Shown: one piece after another, positions 47,988-56,797 of the stretch
How positions within the stretch are numbered: position 1 is the stretch's first letter
Layout: every line of letters starts with the position of its first letter
Source: Saprospiraceae bacterium
GTDB taxonomy: Bacteria > Bacteroidota > Bacteroidia > Chitinophagales > Saprospiraceae
Assembly (NCBI GenBank): GCA_019638455.1
Contig: JAHBTU010000005.1
Span: 277,054-341,053, forward strand
DNA: 64,000 nucleotides
Direction of reading: 5' to 3'
Notes under the pieces: model-generated
The model's input: the letters and a program-made list of their open reading frames with translations, nothing else
Told to the model about the DNA's origin: nothing
The model's database searches: none
Position numbers and translations under genes: made by a program

Positions 47988-48082
47988 ACATAACAGATGG
48001 GGGAAGGGTGGCAAATGTGGGCTTTGTTGTCAACTTTTCGTTATTGCGACGTCCCTTCTATCACCTGCTACAACATCCAATT

Positions 48083-48488
48083 CACCGCCTTCAAACTCCG
48101 CACGTCGTCCTGCGCATCAATCGTCTTTGCTTTGCAGCAACACCAAAAATTCGTCAGAAGCAAGCAGATTCAAAGGGGTGAAAGGCGTTCGTTTCAAAAC
48201 ACGGAAGTCAGCGTGGTCGGAAACAACGTAAGAGGCAGTAACGCCAACCTTCCGGTTGGCCGCCAACTGAAAGTTGGCGTTACTGCACCGCCTTCAAACT
48301 CCGCATGTCGTCCTGCGCATCAATCGTCTTTGCTTTGCAGCAACACCAAAAATTCGTCAGAAGCAAGCAGATTCAAAGGGGTGAAAGGCGTTCGTTTCAA
48401 AACACGGAAGTCAGCGTGGTCGGAAACAACGTAAGAGGCAGTAACGCCAACCTTCCGGTTGGCCGCCAACTGAAAGTTGGCGTTACTG
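48083..48488. repeat. tandem direct repeat, 2 x 203 bp, containing the mfd terminator hairpin
   Basis: Units 48083-48285 and 48286-48488 differ at one base by my reading (cacgtcg vs catgtcg). Each unit holds gcagtaacgccaac...gttggcgttactgc (14-bp stem) and a segment of about 35 nt homologous to mfd codons QDEVRSLKAV. Confidence 0.9.
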
Positions 48489-50885
48489 CACCGCCGAAAT
48501 CACCTGCTCCAGCACCCCCTTCACCGCCTTCAAACTCCGCACCTCGTCCTGCACGAAGATGAGTTCCTTGTTCGTCTGCTTGAGTGAAATGCCCATGATG
48601 CGACCTTTGGCACCCACGAACTGCACGATTTTGTTGAAAGTCTCCGTCTCGAAAAACGACGATTGCGGGTCGCCGAGGAAGTAGCAGCGTAGTTTGCCGC
48701 CTTTCAGAATCAACCTTTCAAAACCTAATTTTTTGCAAAGCCACTGGAGACGCAGACCGTCGAAGAGCGCGTTCACCTGATGCGGTAATTTGCCGAAACG
48801 GTCCTCCAATCGCTTGGCGAAAGCGGCGATGCCTTCCTCGTTTTCGATGGTGTTGAGTTCTGTGTAAAGGCTCAGGCGTTCTTGCGTGTTCGAGACGTAT
48901 TCGTCGGGAATGAGCATTTCCACGTCGGTTTCGATGGTCACGTCGCGGACATAGGAGCCTTTTTGCGCGATTTCTTCCTTGAAAACATCTTTGAAATCCG
49001 TCTCTTTCAACTCCTGAATGGCCTCGTCGAGAATTTTCTGGTAAGTCTCGAAACCGATGTCGGCGATGAAGCCTGACTGCTCGCCGCCGAGCAAATTGCC
49101 CGCGCCCCGGATGTCGAGGTCGCGCATGGCGACCTGAAAGCCGGAGCCGAGTTCGCTGAATTCCTCGATGGTGCGCAGGCGCTTGCGGGCTTCCTGCGTG
49201 AGCACGCTCATGGGCGGCGCGAACAGGTAGCAATAGGCTTTTTGGTTGCTGCGGCCCACGCGTCCGCGCAGTTGGTGCAAGTCGCTGAGGCCGAACATAT
49301 CGGCGCGGTTGATGATAATCGTGTTCGCGTTTGGGATGTCGAGGCCGGTTTCGATGATGTTGGTGCAGGCCAACACGTCGAATTTCCGGTCAATGAAATC
49401 CACCAGAACTTTTTCCAGATGTTCGGCATCCATCTGGCCGTGCGCCATCGCCACTTCGGTGTCGGGGCAAAGGCGTTTGAGCGTTTCGACGATTTTGGGC
49501 AAATCGTTCACCCGGTTGTGGACAAAAAACACCTGCCCGCCGCGATTGACTTCGGTGTGAATGACTTCTTTGATTAAATCTTCGTCGAACACACGAATCT
49601 CTGTGTGAATCGGCTGGCGGTTGGGTGGCGGCGTGCGAATCACCGAGAGGTCGCGGGCGGCCATGAGCGAGAATTGGAGGGTGCGCGGGATGGGCGTAGC
49701 GGTTAGCGTGAGCGTGTCCACGTTGACTTTCAGGGTGCGGAGTTTTTCTTTCGAGGCGACGCCGAATTTTTGTTCCTCGTCCACCACGAGCAAGCCTAAA
49801 TCCTTGAATCCCACTTCTTTGCCAAGTAGCGCATGGGTGCCGATGACGATGTCAATCTCGCCTTTTTTGAGTTTTTCCAGAATCTCTTTTTTCTCCTTCG
49901 CGCTGCGGAAACGGTTGAGATAATCCACTGTGACAGGAAAATCGGCGAGACGTTCGGAGAAAGTTTTCCAGTGCTGCAAGGCCAGAATCGTCGTAGGCAC
50001 GAGCACGGCGACTTGCTTGCCGTCGGTGACGGCTTTGAATGCCGCACGAATGGCGACTTCCGTTTTGCCGAAACCCACGTCGCCACAAATCAGGCGGTCC
50101 ATCGGGTATTCTTTCTCCATGTCGGCCTTCACGTCCTGCGTGGATTTGTACTGGTCGGGCGTGTCTTCGTAGATAAAACTGGCTTCGAGTTCGGTTTGCA
50201 GCACGTCGTCGGGCGGGAAAGCGTGGCCTTTGGCAGCGCGGCGGGCGGCGTAGAGTTTGATGAGTTCCGCCGCGATGTCCTTGATTTTGCGCTTGGTGCG
50301 GGCTTTGAGTTGTTTCCAAGCGTCGGAGCCGATTTTGGAGAGTTGCGGCGGCTCGCCTTCGCGCCCGATGTACTTCGAGATTTTGTGCAGCGAGTGGATG
50401 CTGACGTAGAGGATGTCGTTGTTTTTGTAATTGAGCCGCACGGCTTCCTGCATCTGGCCGCCGATTTCGATTTTTTGCAGGCCCGCGAATTTACCGATGC
50501 CGTGGTCAATGTGTGTCACATAGTCACCCGGCGCGAGTTCGCGCAACACGCGGTAGTTCAGCGATTGGTCTCTGGAAAATCCCTGCCGGATTTTGTAGGC
50601 GTGGTAACGCTGGAAAATCTGGTGGTCGGTGAGCACCTCGATTTTTAAATCTTCGTCAATAAACCCCTCGTGAATCGGGATTTCGACGGGCAAAAACGCC
50701 ACGTTGGCCTTCAATTCTTTAAAAATCGCTGCCAGTCGGTCGAACTGTTTGGGGTTTTCCGAACAAATATAGGTTTCGTAGCCCGCCGCTTTCATCTCGT
50801 GCAGGTGGCGGATGAGCAGGTCGAAGTTTTTGTTGAAAGAGGGTTGGGGCTTGGAGTGGAAGGGGATGGTGGTGGTAGATTTCAT
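48483..50885 (-). CDS. mfd: transcription-repair coupling factor Mfd, lacking the N-terminal UvrB-homology module
   Basis: 800 aa. The RNAP-interacting/CarD-like region is GDYVTHIDHGIGKFAGL at about residue 115. It also has GDVGFGKTEVA, VVDEEQKFG, QLHQLRGRVGRS and a C-terminal D7-like region. An in-frame TGA lies three codons upstream of the ATG. Full-length Mfd proteins are about 1100-1150 aa. Confidence 0.85.
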   Translation of the reverse strand: MKSTTTIPFHSKPQPSFNKNFDLLIRHLHEMKAAGYETYICSENPKQFDRLAAIFKELKANVAFLPVEIPIHEGFIDEDLKIEVLTDHQIFQRYHAYKIRQGFSRDQSLNYRVLRELAPGDYVTHIDHGIGKFAGLQKIEIGGQMQEAVRLNYKNNDILYVSIHSLHKISKYIGREGEPPQLSKIGSDAWKQLKARTKRKIKDIAAELIKLYAARRAAKGHAFPPDDVLQTELEASFIYEDTPDQYKSTQDVKADMEKEYPMDRLICGDVGFGKTEVAIRAAFKAVTDGKQVAVLVPTTILALQHWKTFSERLADFPVTVDYLNRFRSAKEKKEILEKLKKGEIDIVIGTHALLGKEVGFKDLGLLVVDEEQKFGVASKEKLRTLKVNVDTLTLTATPIPRTLQFSLMAARDLSVIRTPPPNRQPIHTEIRVFDEDLIKEVIHTEVNRGGQVFFVHNRVNDLPKIVETLKRLCPDTEVAMAHGQMDAEHLEKVLVDFIDRKFDVLACTNIIETGLDIPNANTIIINRADMFGLSDLHQLRGRVGRSNQKAYCYLFAPPMSVLTQEARKRLRTIEEFSELGSGFQVAMRDLDIRGAGNLLGGEQSGFIADIGFETYQKILDEAIQELKETDFKDVFKEEIAQKGSYVRDVTIETDVEMLIPDEYVSNTQERLSLYTELNTIENEEGIAAFAKRLEDRFGKLPHQVNALFDGLRLQWLCKKLGFERLILKGGKLRCYFLGDPQSSFFETETFNKIVQFVGAKGRIMGISLKQTNKELIFVQDEVRSLKAVKGVLEQVISAVQ

Positions 50886-50899
50886 GGCGGTCTTTCAGT

Positions 50900-52006
50900 T
50901 TACTTGACTACAAAAATGATGTCTGCCAACGGAGTAAATGTCTGTGGCTTCCCTTTGTAACCGAAAGTTACTTTCAAGTCCTCGGTTTTCTTGTTGCCAA
51001 AATTGTCGAGGTATTTTTGAATTGTCGGTTTCAACAAATCCAGATTTCGTTTTAACTTCCAAGAGTTGTTGAAATCCTCTGTGTCCACCAAAACGAGAAA
51101 AAGCCTGTTTTCAGAACCAAAACGCATTTCGCCTTGGTTTTTATAAAGCCATTTTGACAAGATTTTTGGGTTTGATTGGGCTTCCTGCAAAATCTGGAGG
51201 TTTTCTCGCCGGAGTTGGTTCAGTGTTTTTGAGCAAAAAGCATCGCTCCTGTCTTTCATCTTTTCTACAATTTCGCATTGAATATCACTTGGCTTTGCTG
51301 TTTTGTCAAAGACAATCTTTGCCTTCACTGCTTGCTGCTTCAAAAAGGTCAGTTCTGCCGGGAATCCTTTCTGCTTCCGTTTTTCTTTGATGAATTCAGC
51401 GAGCAAATAAGTCACTTTGAGGTCGAAAGGAATGTCGTTGATGAAAAAATCCACGCTTTTGATTTGCCCGACCGTAGGCAAGACAGCGGGGTGGGATTTG
51501 AAAATGTGCTCAATCAGGATGCTCGACCAATGGTTGTACCAACTGTTGAGCACATATCCTTGCACCGCGCGGCTGATTTCGGTGTCGAATTTAGAGAGAA
51601 GCGTTTCGTAGGATTGGAGCGCTTTCACATAGCGGCTGACCAAGTATTTGTCCAAAGAGTTTTGGTAGTCGCCACCCCAGTCAAAACTTTTGAGTTTGTA
51701 AAGTTCAGAGACGAGTTGCGCGGTGTCTATGTTGCTTGCTTGCGTTTTATTGATTTTTTGGATAAAGGCATTGAGCGGTTGATGCGATTCGGAGACATCT
51801 TTTGACAAAATTTCGTAGAGTTCTTCAAACTGTTTGGAGAGCGCGGATTGGGTAAGTTTTAGATTGGTTTCTTTTGCAAATGCAGCGAGCAACTCTTTTC
51901 GCACGACCGATTTGATTTTCAACCAAAGCAACCCTGCTTTGTCAGAGCTGAACTCCTCCAATTTGTCGCTGTCGTGCAGTTTTTTCCAATGGTCAAAGTT
52001 CTTCAT
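50900..52006 (-). CDS. putative Type II restriction endonuclease (PD-(D/E)XK-like), family not recognised
   Basis: 368 aa and low GC. It overlaps the methyltransferase gene by 14 nt. The candidate catalytic pattern is ILIEHIF ... SVDFFINDIPFDLKVTY (E...D...DxK). Confidence 0.5.
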   Translation of the reverse strand: MKNFDHWKKLHDSDKLEEFSSDKAGLLWLKIKSVVRKELLAAFAKETNLKLTQSALSKQFEELYEILSKDVSESHQPLNAFIQKINKTQASNIDTAQLVSELYKLKSFDWGGDYQNSLDKYLVSRYVKALQSYETLLSKFDTEISRAVQGYVLNSWYNHWSSILIEHIFKSHPAVLPTVGQIKSVDFFINDIPFDLKVTYLLAEFIKEKRKQKGFPAELTFLKQQAVKAKIVFDKTAKPSDIQCEIVEKMKDRSDAFCSKTLNQLRRENLQILQEAQSNPKILSKWLYKNQGEMRFGSENRLFLVLVDTEDFNNSWKLKRNLDLLKPTIQKYLDNFGNKKTEDLKVTFGYKGKPQTFTPLADIIFVVK

Positions 52007-53105
52007 TCAGGATTATTTCTGCCCTTGAAGTCAGATTTACAAAATGCTTAGGCTTGGGTTTGCAGACAAACAAAATTTCCCGGCTCCCTGCGATGCTTCC
52101 TTTGCCGCCCCGCCCGTTCTGATAGGTTTTGGCTTCGATTTCAACGTTTCGATATTTTGAAATCATGTTGGTCAGTTCCTCGACGCTTGGGTAGCTGCGG
52201 TCATTGTAACTGATGAGCCAATGGGGTATTTCCTGAGCCTGTTCAAAGAGCTTTTCAAATGACCGAGCAACGTCTTTCTTTTTGTCAAAGCCGCTGAACC
52301 GTTGCGGTTCATATCTTTTGATGCCGTTGATAAATTGCTTGTCCTGCCAATACTCCGTGTAAGTTTCCAGCAAGTGGTAAAAACTCTGGTAATCAGGATG
52401 GCTGTCGCAGTATGGAGGGTCAAAGTATATTAAATCAACCTTCTCCATAGTGGGCAGCAAATCCAGTATGTTTTGGTTAAAGCTGCGGTTGTTTTTCTTG
52501 TTTGAAAATACGGCACTGTTGTAGGCAGGGACGAGTTCGAGAAATATTTCTTTCAATGGTCGCACCAAACTTCTGTTTCGCCTTATACGCGCTGGGTCGT
52601 TTGCATATCGCAAGGCTTGAGTGTGTCCAAAATGCCCCATCGTCACCTTTCGGGTCATGCTCCGATTGATGATGGCAAATGCAAGCGCCTTTTTATATGG
52701 ATTTTCAAAAAATTCGAGATTTGCCCTGAAATTGTCTAAAAATTCCGCTTCTTCTTTTTCAAAAAACACATCGGTGTAAACCTGCTCAATTAGCCGAAAT
52801 TGCTCCTTCTTAGGTGATATCGATAAAAGAAAATTTAGGTCGGCTTGAGTCAGTTTCTGCTCTCCGTTTTCAATAAGCGCCAATCCGATTTGGTGGTTAA
52901 AACTCAAGAAATCGTTTGTAATTACCTGAAAACCTAGCTGTTTCAGTAAAAAAGCAACTGTCTGTGAACCCGCAAAAGCATCAACCGCCGTGACCACACT
53001 GCGTGGAATAAATTTATTCATCCAAGCCAAATGAGTGTGCTTCGCGCCCAGATATTGCGGCTCCGGGAATTGATAGTCAAAATACTTGAACTCTTCAAAA
53101 AGCAT
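51993..53105 (-). CDS. D12-class (alpha) N6-adenine DNA methyltransferase
   Basis: ORF 51993..53354 trimmed to MLFEEFKYF at 53105. YLGAKHTHL, motif I VDAFAGSQTV and motif IV LIYFDPPYCDS occur in the alpha order. GC is low. Confidence 0.85.
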   Translation of the reverse strand: MLFEEFKYFDYQFPEPQYLGAKHTHLAWMNKFIPRSVVTAVDAFAGSQTVAFLLKQLGFQVITNDFLSFNHQIGLALIENGEQKLTQADLNFLLSISPKKEQFRLIEQVYTDVFFEKEEAEFLDNFRANLEFFENPYKKALAFAIINRSMTRKVTMGHFGHTQALRYANDPARIRRNRSLVRPLKEIFLELVPAYNSAVFSNKKNNRSFNQNILDLLPTMEKVDLIYFDPPYCDSHPDYQSFYHLLETYTEYWQDKQFINGIKRYEPQRFSGFDKKKDVARSFEKLFEQAQEIPHWLISYNDRSYPSVEELTNMISKYRNVEIEAKTYQNGRGGKGSIAGSREILFVCKPKPKHFVNLTSRAEIILNEEL

Positions 53106-53201
53106 GAAAACGATTCTCGATAGGAAGTTGTTTGAGAGTGCAAAGTAACGAAGAATCAAACGCCTCCCCCATTTTTTCACCCCGCTCACTACCTTTGCCA
53201 C

Positions 53202-53693
53202 ATGGAAAACAGCTCGCACCACGAGGCCCCCATTCCGTCTCACCGCTTCCTGCTGGAGGAGATACAAGCTTTGCAAATCTTTGAAAAACAAGTGCTTGAA
53301 GGGGTCAATTACTACATCTGGCACAATCAATCCGAGGCGGGTACCATGCCCCATCGCTTTTTATACGCGGTCGAGCTCCTGTTCGATGGAGGGGAGCCGC
53401 TTCTCCTTTCTTCGGGAGATGATTCGGAAGCCATTCGACTGCTCACAGCGGAGGCGCTGACGGAGACAGCCCGCAGGCTACAACGGATGCACGGCAAGCC
53501 AGTCATGCAGCGCGCCGTGGCAGGCATCCAACCGCTTTGGCGCGAAGTGGTGGGCAAAACGCTGGAACATATCCGCCTCTCGCGCGACGAAGAAGGTCTC
53601 TATCTCAACGACTCGATATTGCTCGACTTTGGCGAGCACCGTGTGCTGGTGTATCTGAGCGAGCGCGAGGGACTGTTAGCGGCTACTTATTAG
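53202..53693 (+). CDS. hypothetical protein
   Basis: 163-aa ORF of host-like GC. I recognise no family. An alternative start is the Met at 53346. Confidence 0.4.
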   Translation: MENSSHHEAPIPSHRFLLEEIQALQIFEKQVLEGVNYYIWHNQSEAGTMPHRFLYAVELLFDGGEPLLLSSGDDSEAIRLLTAEALTETARRLQRMHGKPVMQRAVAGIQPLWREVVGKTLEHIRLSRDEEGLYLNDSILLDFGEHRVLVYLSEREGLLAATY

Positions 53694-53738
53694 ACACGCC
53701 CATTCCATTTCACACATTCCCGCCGCATCTTTGCGCCT

Positions 53739-54452
53739 ATGGCCCGCATCCTGCTTATCGAGACCGCTACCGAAGTTTGCTCCGCCGCCATCGCCGTCAA
53801 CGGCGAAGTGACAGCCATCGTCGAAGAGCCACATTCACTCCATCACGCGGCACTGCTCACCCTACAGGTTCGAGCGTGTTCCGAGCGTTCCGGCATCCCG
53901 TTGGAGGCGTTGGATGCCGTGGCGGTTAGCCAAGGCCCTGGGTCCTACACCTCCCTGCGTGTGGGCGCTTCCGTGGCAAAAGGCATCTGTTTCGCGCTCG
54001 ACAAACCACTCATTGCCATCAACACGCTCCTGTCGCTCGCATGGGCAAGTCGCCAATATATCGCCGACGTGCCCAACCCTGTTTTCATCCCTATGCTCGA
54101 TGCCCGGCGTCAAGAGGTTTGGTTGGCTGCCTACGATGCCAACCTGCGGGAAATAGTGCCCGAACAACCGCTCATTTTGGAAAACGATTTGTTTGAAAAG
54201 TATTTGGCTGACTATTTTCCTTCGCTTGACGGCGTTGTACTTGTGGCAGGAGGGAACGGTAGTCAAAAACTCAAAAATGTGCCGATGCCTGAGAATACGG
54301 TTTTTTCCCCTGTGAAAAATTGTTCGGCACGGCATTTGTCCGAGCTTGCGGAGCGGTTGTTCCAAAATGCTGAATTTCAAAACGCAGCGTATTTCGAGCC
54401 ATTTTATATGAAAGCGCCCAACATCACGACCTCCTCCAAGGCGCTGTTTTAG
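53739..54452 (+). CDS. tsaB: tRNA t6A37 biosynthesis protein TsaB
   Basis: MARILLIETATEVCSAAIA ... GPGSYTSLRVG is the canonical TsaB/YeaZ pattern. Confidence 0.9.
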   Translation: MARILLIETATEVCSAAIAVNGEVTAIVEEPHSLHHAALLTLQVRACSERSGIPLEALDAVAVSQGPGSYTSLRVGASVAKGICFALDKPLIAINTLLSLAWASRQYIADVPNPVFIPMLDARRQEVWLAAYDANLREIVPEQPLILENDLFEKYLADYFPSLDGVVLVAGGNGSQKLKNVPMPENTVFSPVKNCSARHLSELAERLFQNAEFQNAAYFEPFYMKAPNITTSSKALF

Positions 54453-54630
54453 CAAAAAATACACTCCGGTTTCAATTTGTTAAATCTGGCGATTGTTTTC
54501 GTCAGGCTATCAAAGGTTTTATGTTTTAGGGTAAATTTGTATGTCAGTTTTTAAGAAGGAGAACTGGCACAATTTTGGAAAGCAGTAACCCATCAAAATC
54601 CGAGTTTATTATCCTTTCAAAACATTTAGT

Positions 54631-54966
54631 ATGAGAAAAGCAAACGCCGAAACGGTCGCGTTGAAAAATGGGAGCAACGTTCCCCTCGATTACATGGAGC
54701 TGCGCAAGGCCGCTCTTGTGCTTCGTGCAGTAAATCACAAACTGCGCCAACGCATCATTGACCTGCTCGAAGAGAACAAAACTCTGACGGTGACGGATAT
54801 CTATGTGAAACTTCGACTCGAACAAAGCGTGGCCAGTCAACACTTGGCTATCCTGCGGCGCGCGGGCGTGGTTCGCACCGACCGGCAAGGCAAGTTTATC
54901 TTCTATTCGTTGGACAAAGAGCGCCTCAGTCAGATTTCCTCCTTGGTGGAAGAACTCGCTGCTTAA
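54631..54966 (+). CDS. ArsR/SmtB-family winged-helix transcriptional regulator
   Basis: 111 aa. ALVLRAVNHKLRQRIIDLLEENKTLTVTDIYVKLRLEQSVASQHLAILRRAGVV is a typical ArsR HTH. Confidence 0.85.
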   Translation: MRKANAETVALKNGSNVPLDYMELRKAALVLRAVNHKLRQRIIDLLEENKTLTVTDIYVKLRLEQSVASQHLAILRRAGVVRTDRQGKFIFYSLDKERLSQISSLVEELAA

Positions 54967-54996
54967 GAGCCATTTAGCAGATTTCCAACTCGATAG

Positions 54997-55043
54997 ATGC
55001 CGTACATTGTCCCGCACAGCGGGACGGTGTGCGGCATTTTTTT
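54997..55043 (+). terminator. Rho-independent terminator
   Basis: atgccgtacattgtcccgc - aca - gcgggacggtgtgcggcat, followed by ttttttt. Confidence 0.7.
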
Positions 55044-55178
55044 GGGGATTTGAAAAAATTATTTCCTCCGGGCACTTGCACACTCGGAGTTTTTATTTGA
55101 ATCTTTGCATCACTGTACCGATACAACATTGCAACTTTGATGCCCCCTAATGACCCCCTAATGACTTAAAATCACATC

Positions 55179-56792
55179 ATGAACATCCTCCTCCTCGACA
55201 ACCTCGATTCATTCACTTACAACCTCGCGGACTTTTTCCGCCAGCTCGGTTGCAAGGTCACGGTCTTTCGCAACACCGCCGACCCAGAGACCATCGCGCA
55301 GACACCATTCGACCTCCTCGTGCTTTCCCCCGGCCCCTCCGTACCCCGCAAGGCGGGTAATTTGCTCAAAATCATCGGCCGGTTTTACCGCGAAAAACCC
55401 ATCCTCGGCGTGTGCCTCGGCCATCAGGCGCTCATTGAGTTTTTTGGCGGCACCTTAGCCAACATTGCCCCCGTGCACGGCAAATCAGCTCCCATTCAGC
55501 ACGACGGACGGGGCATCTTCACCGGGCTGGAGCAGGACTGCCGAGTGGCCAGGTACCACTCATGGGCAGCCGATATCGTGCCGTCCGAATTCGAAGTCAG
55601 CGCCCGCGCCCACGACGGCACAGTGATGGCAGTGCGCCACAAACGCCTGCCCATCGAGGGCATACAATTCCACCCAGAATCGGTGCTAAGCATGAAAAAC
55701 CAAGTCGGAATGCGAATGCTCCGCAACGTGGTGGCAGGCAGGCTCTCCGCCGGCAACCGCATCTATCACACGCTCTCTGAAAAACTGCAAACAGGGACAT
55801 CGCTCGAAACAAACACGCTTCGCGCCTTCCTCCAAGCCGTCGAGGAAGGTCAACTCTCCGACGACCAAAAACAAATCCTGCTCGTCTCCCTCAGCCACAG
55901 GTTGCGCAATGCCAACGAGTTATGCGCCTTCATCGAAGCCATCATGGCCTTAAAATCCCCAAATCCCCACATTCCCAAATCCTCATTGACAGACATCTGC
56001 GGCACAGGCGGCTCCGGCCTCCCGCGCATCAACACCTCCACGCTGGCGAGCCTGTTGCTGGCACATTGCGGCCTCCACATCGCCAAACATGGCAATCGCG
56101 CAGCGGCAGGACGTTTCGGCAGTTTCAACCTGCTGGAACGCCTCGGCGTGCCTGTCCACTTCGCTCCCGAACAGGCTTCACGGACGTTGGAGGCCACCAA
56201 CCTCGCCTTTGTGTTTGCGCCCGATGTGCATCCCATTTTCCGGCACTTTGCGCCCGTTCGGGCAAAAATCGGCGTGCCAACCGTGTTCAACGTGCTGGGG
56301 CCATTGGTCAATCCCTATCTGCCGGAACGACAATTCATCGGGACCGCCTTCGCCGACTTGATGGAGGTGATTTTTAAAACAGCCATCCAAATGGGCAAAC
56401 GCCACGTCATCGTCGTGCGCGGGCAGGATGGCTTGGACGAAATATCCGTGAGTGCCCCGACCCGCGTGTTGGAATATCGCGACGGCGAAAAACGCGACTA
56501 TGAAATTTCGCCACGAGATTTTGGGCTACCGCCCCTGCCATTCGAGGCCGTGAGCGCCGCCAACCCCGAAGAATGTCTGCAAATCGCCCAAGCCATGCTC
56601 GCGGGCGTTCCGACGACGGAACACTACAAATTGGTGGCGGCGAATGCGGCATTCGTTTACACCAAATTTGTGGAAACCATCCCATTGCCAGAAGCCTACG
56701 ATAAGATGGAGCGTCTGATTATTGAAGGCGCGATGGGTGAGATCTTGGAAAAATACCTGGAATGCACGGAAGCAGTGCCAGAACCCGTTTGA
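55179..56792 (+). CDS. trpGD: fused anthranilate synthase component II / anthranilate phosphoribosyltransferase
   Basis: The N-terminal half is a GATase (ILGVCLGHQAL, IQFHPES). The C-terminal half is TrpD-like (CGTGGSG, AKHGNRAAAG, VFNVLGPLVNP). Confidence 0.85.
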   Translation: MNILLLDNLDSFTYNLADFFRQLGCKVTVFRNTADPETIAQTPFDLLVLSPGPSVPRKAGNLLKIIGRFYREKPILGVCLGHQALIEFFGGTLANIAPVHGKSAPIQHDGRGIFTGLEQDCRVARYHSWAADIVPSEFEVSARAHDGTVMAVRHKRLPIEGIQFHPESVLSMKNQVGMRMLRNVVAGRLSAGNRIYHTLSEKLQTGTSLETNTLRAFLQAVEEGQLSDDQKQILLVSLSHRLRNANELCAFIEAIMALKSPNPHIPKSSLTDICGTGGSGLPRINTSTLASLLLAHCGLHIAKHGNRAAAGRFGSFNLLERLGVPVHFAPEQASRTLEATNLAFVFAPDVHPIFRHFAPVRAKIGVPTVFNVLGPLVNPYLPERQFIGTAFADLMEVIFKTAIQMGKRHVIVVRGQDGLDEISVSAPTRVLEYRDGEKRDYEISPRDFGLPPLPFEAVSAANPEECLQIAQAMLAGVPTTEHYKLVAANAAFVYTKFVETIPLPEAYDKMERLIIEGAMGEILEKYLECTEAVPEPV

Positions 56793-56797
56793 ACGGC

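Noticed and set aside
48083-48488. The tandem repeat as a CRISPR array, or the ORFs 47997-48434 and 48305-48562 as genes.
   Set aside because: The unit is 203 bp with no unique spacers and only two copies. The ORFs are duplicated read-throughs of the repeat with no coding signal. The sequence is explained as duplicated mfd 3' end plus terminator.
53106-53354. An N-terminal 83-aa extension of the methyltransferase ORF (ORF track 51993-53354).
   Set aside because: The extension crosses the GC boundary into host-like sequence and runs antisense to ORF 53202-53693. It precedes the conserved Y-x-G-x-K N-terminal block. The Met at 53105 gives a normal-length D12 enzyme.
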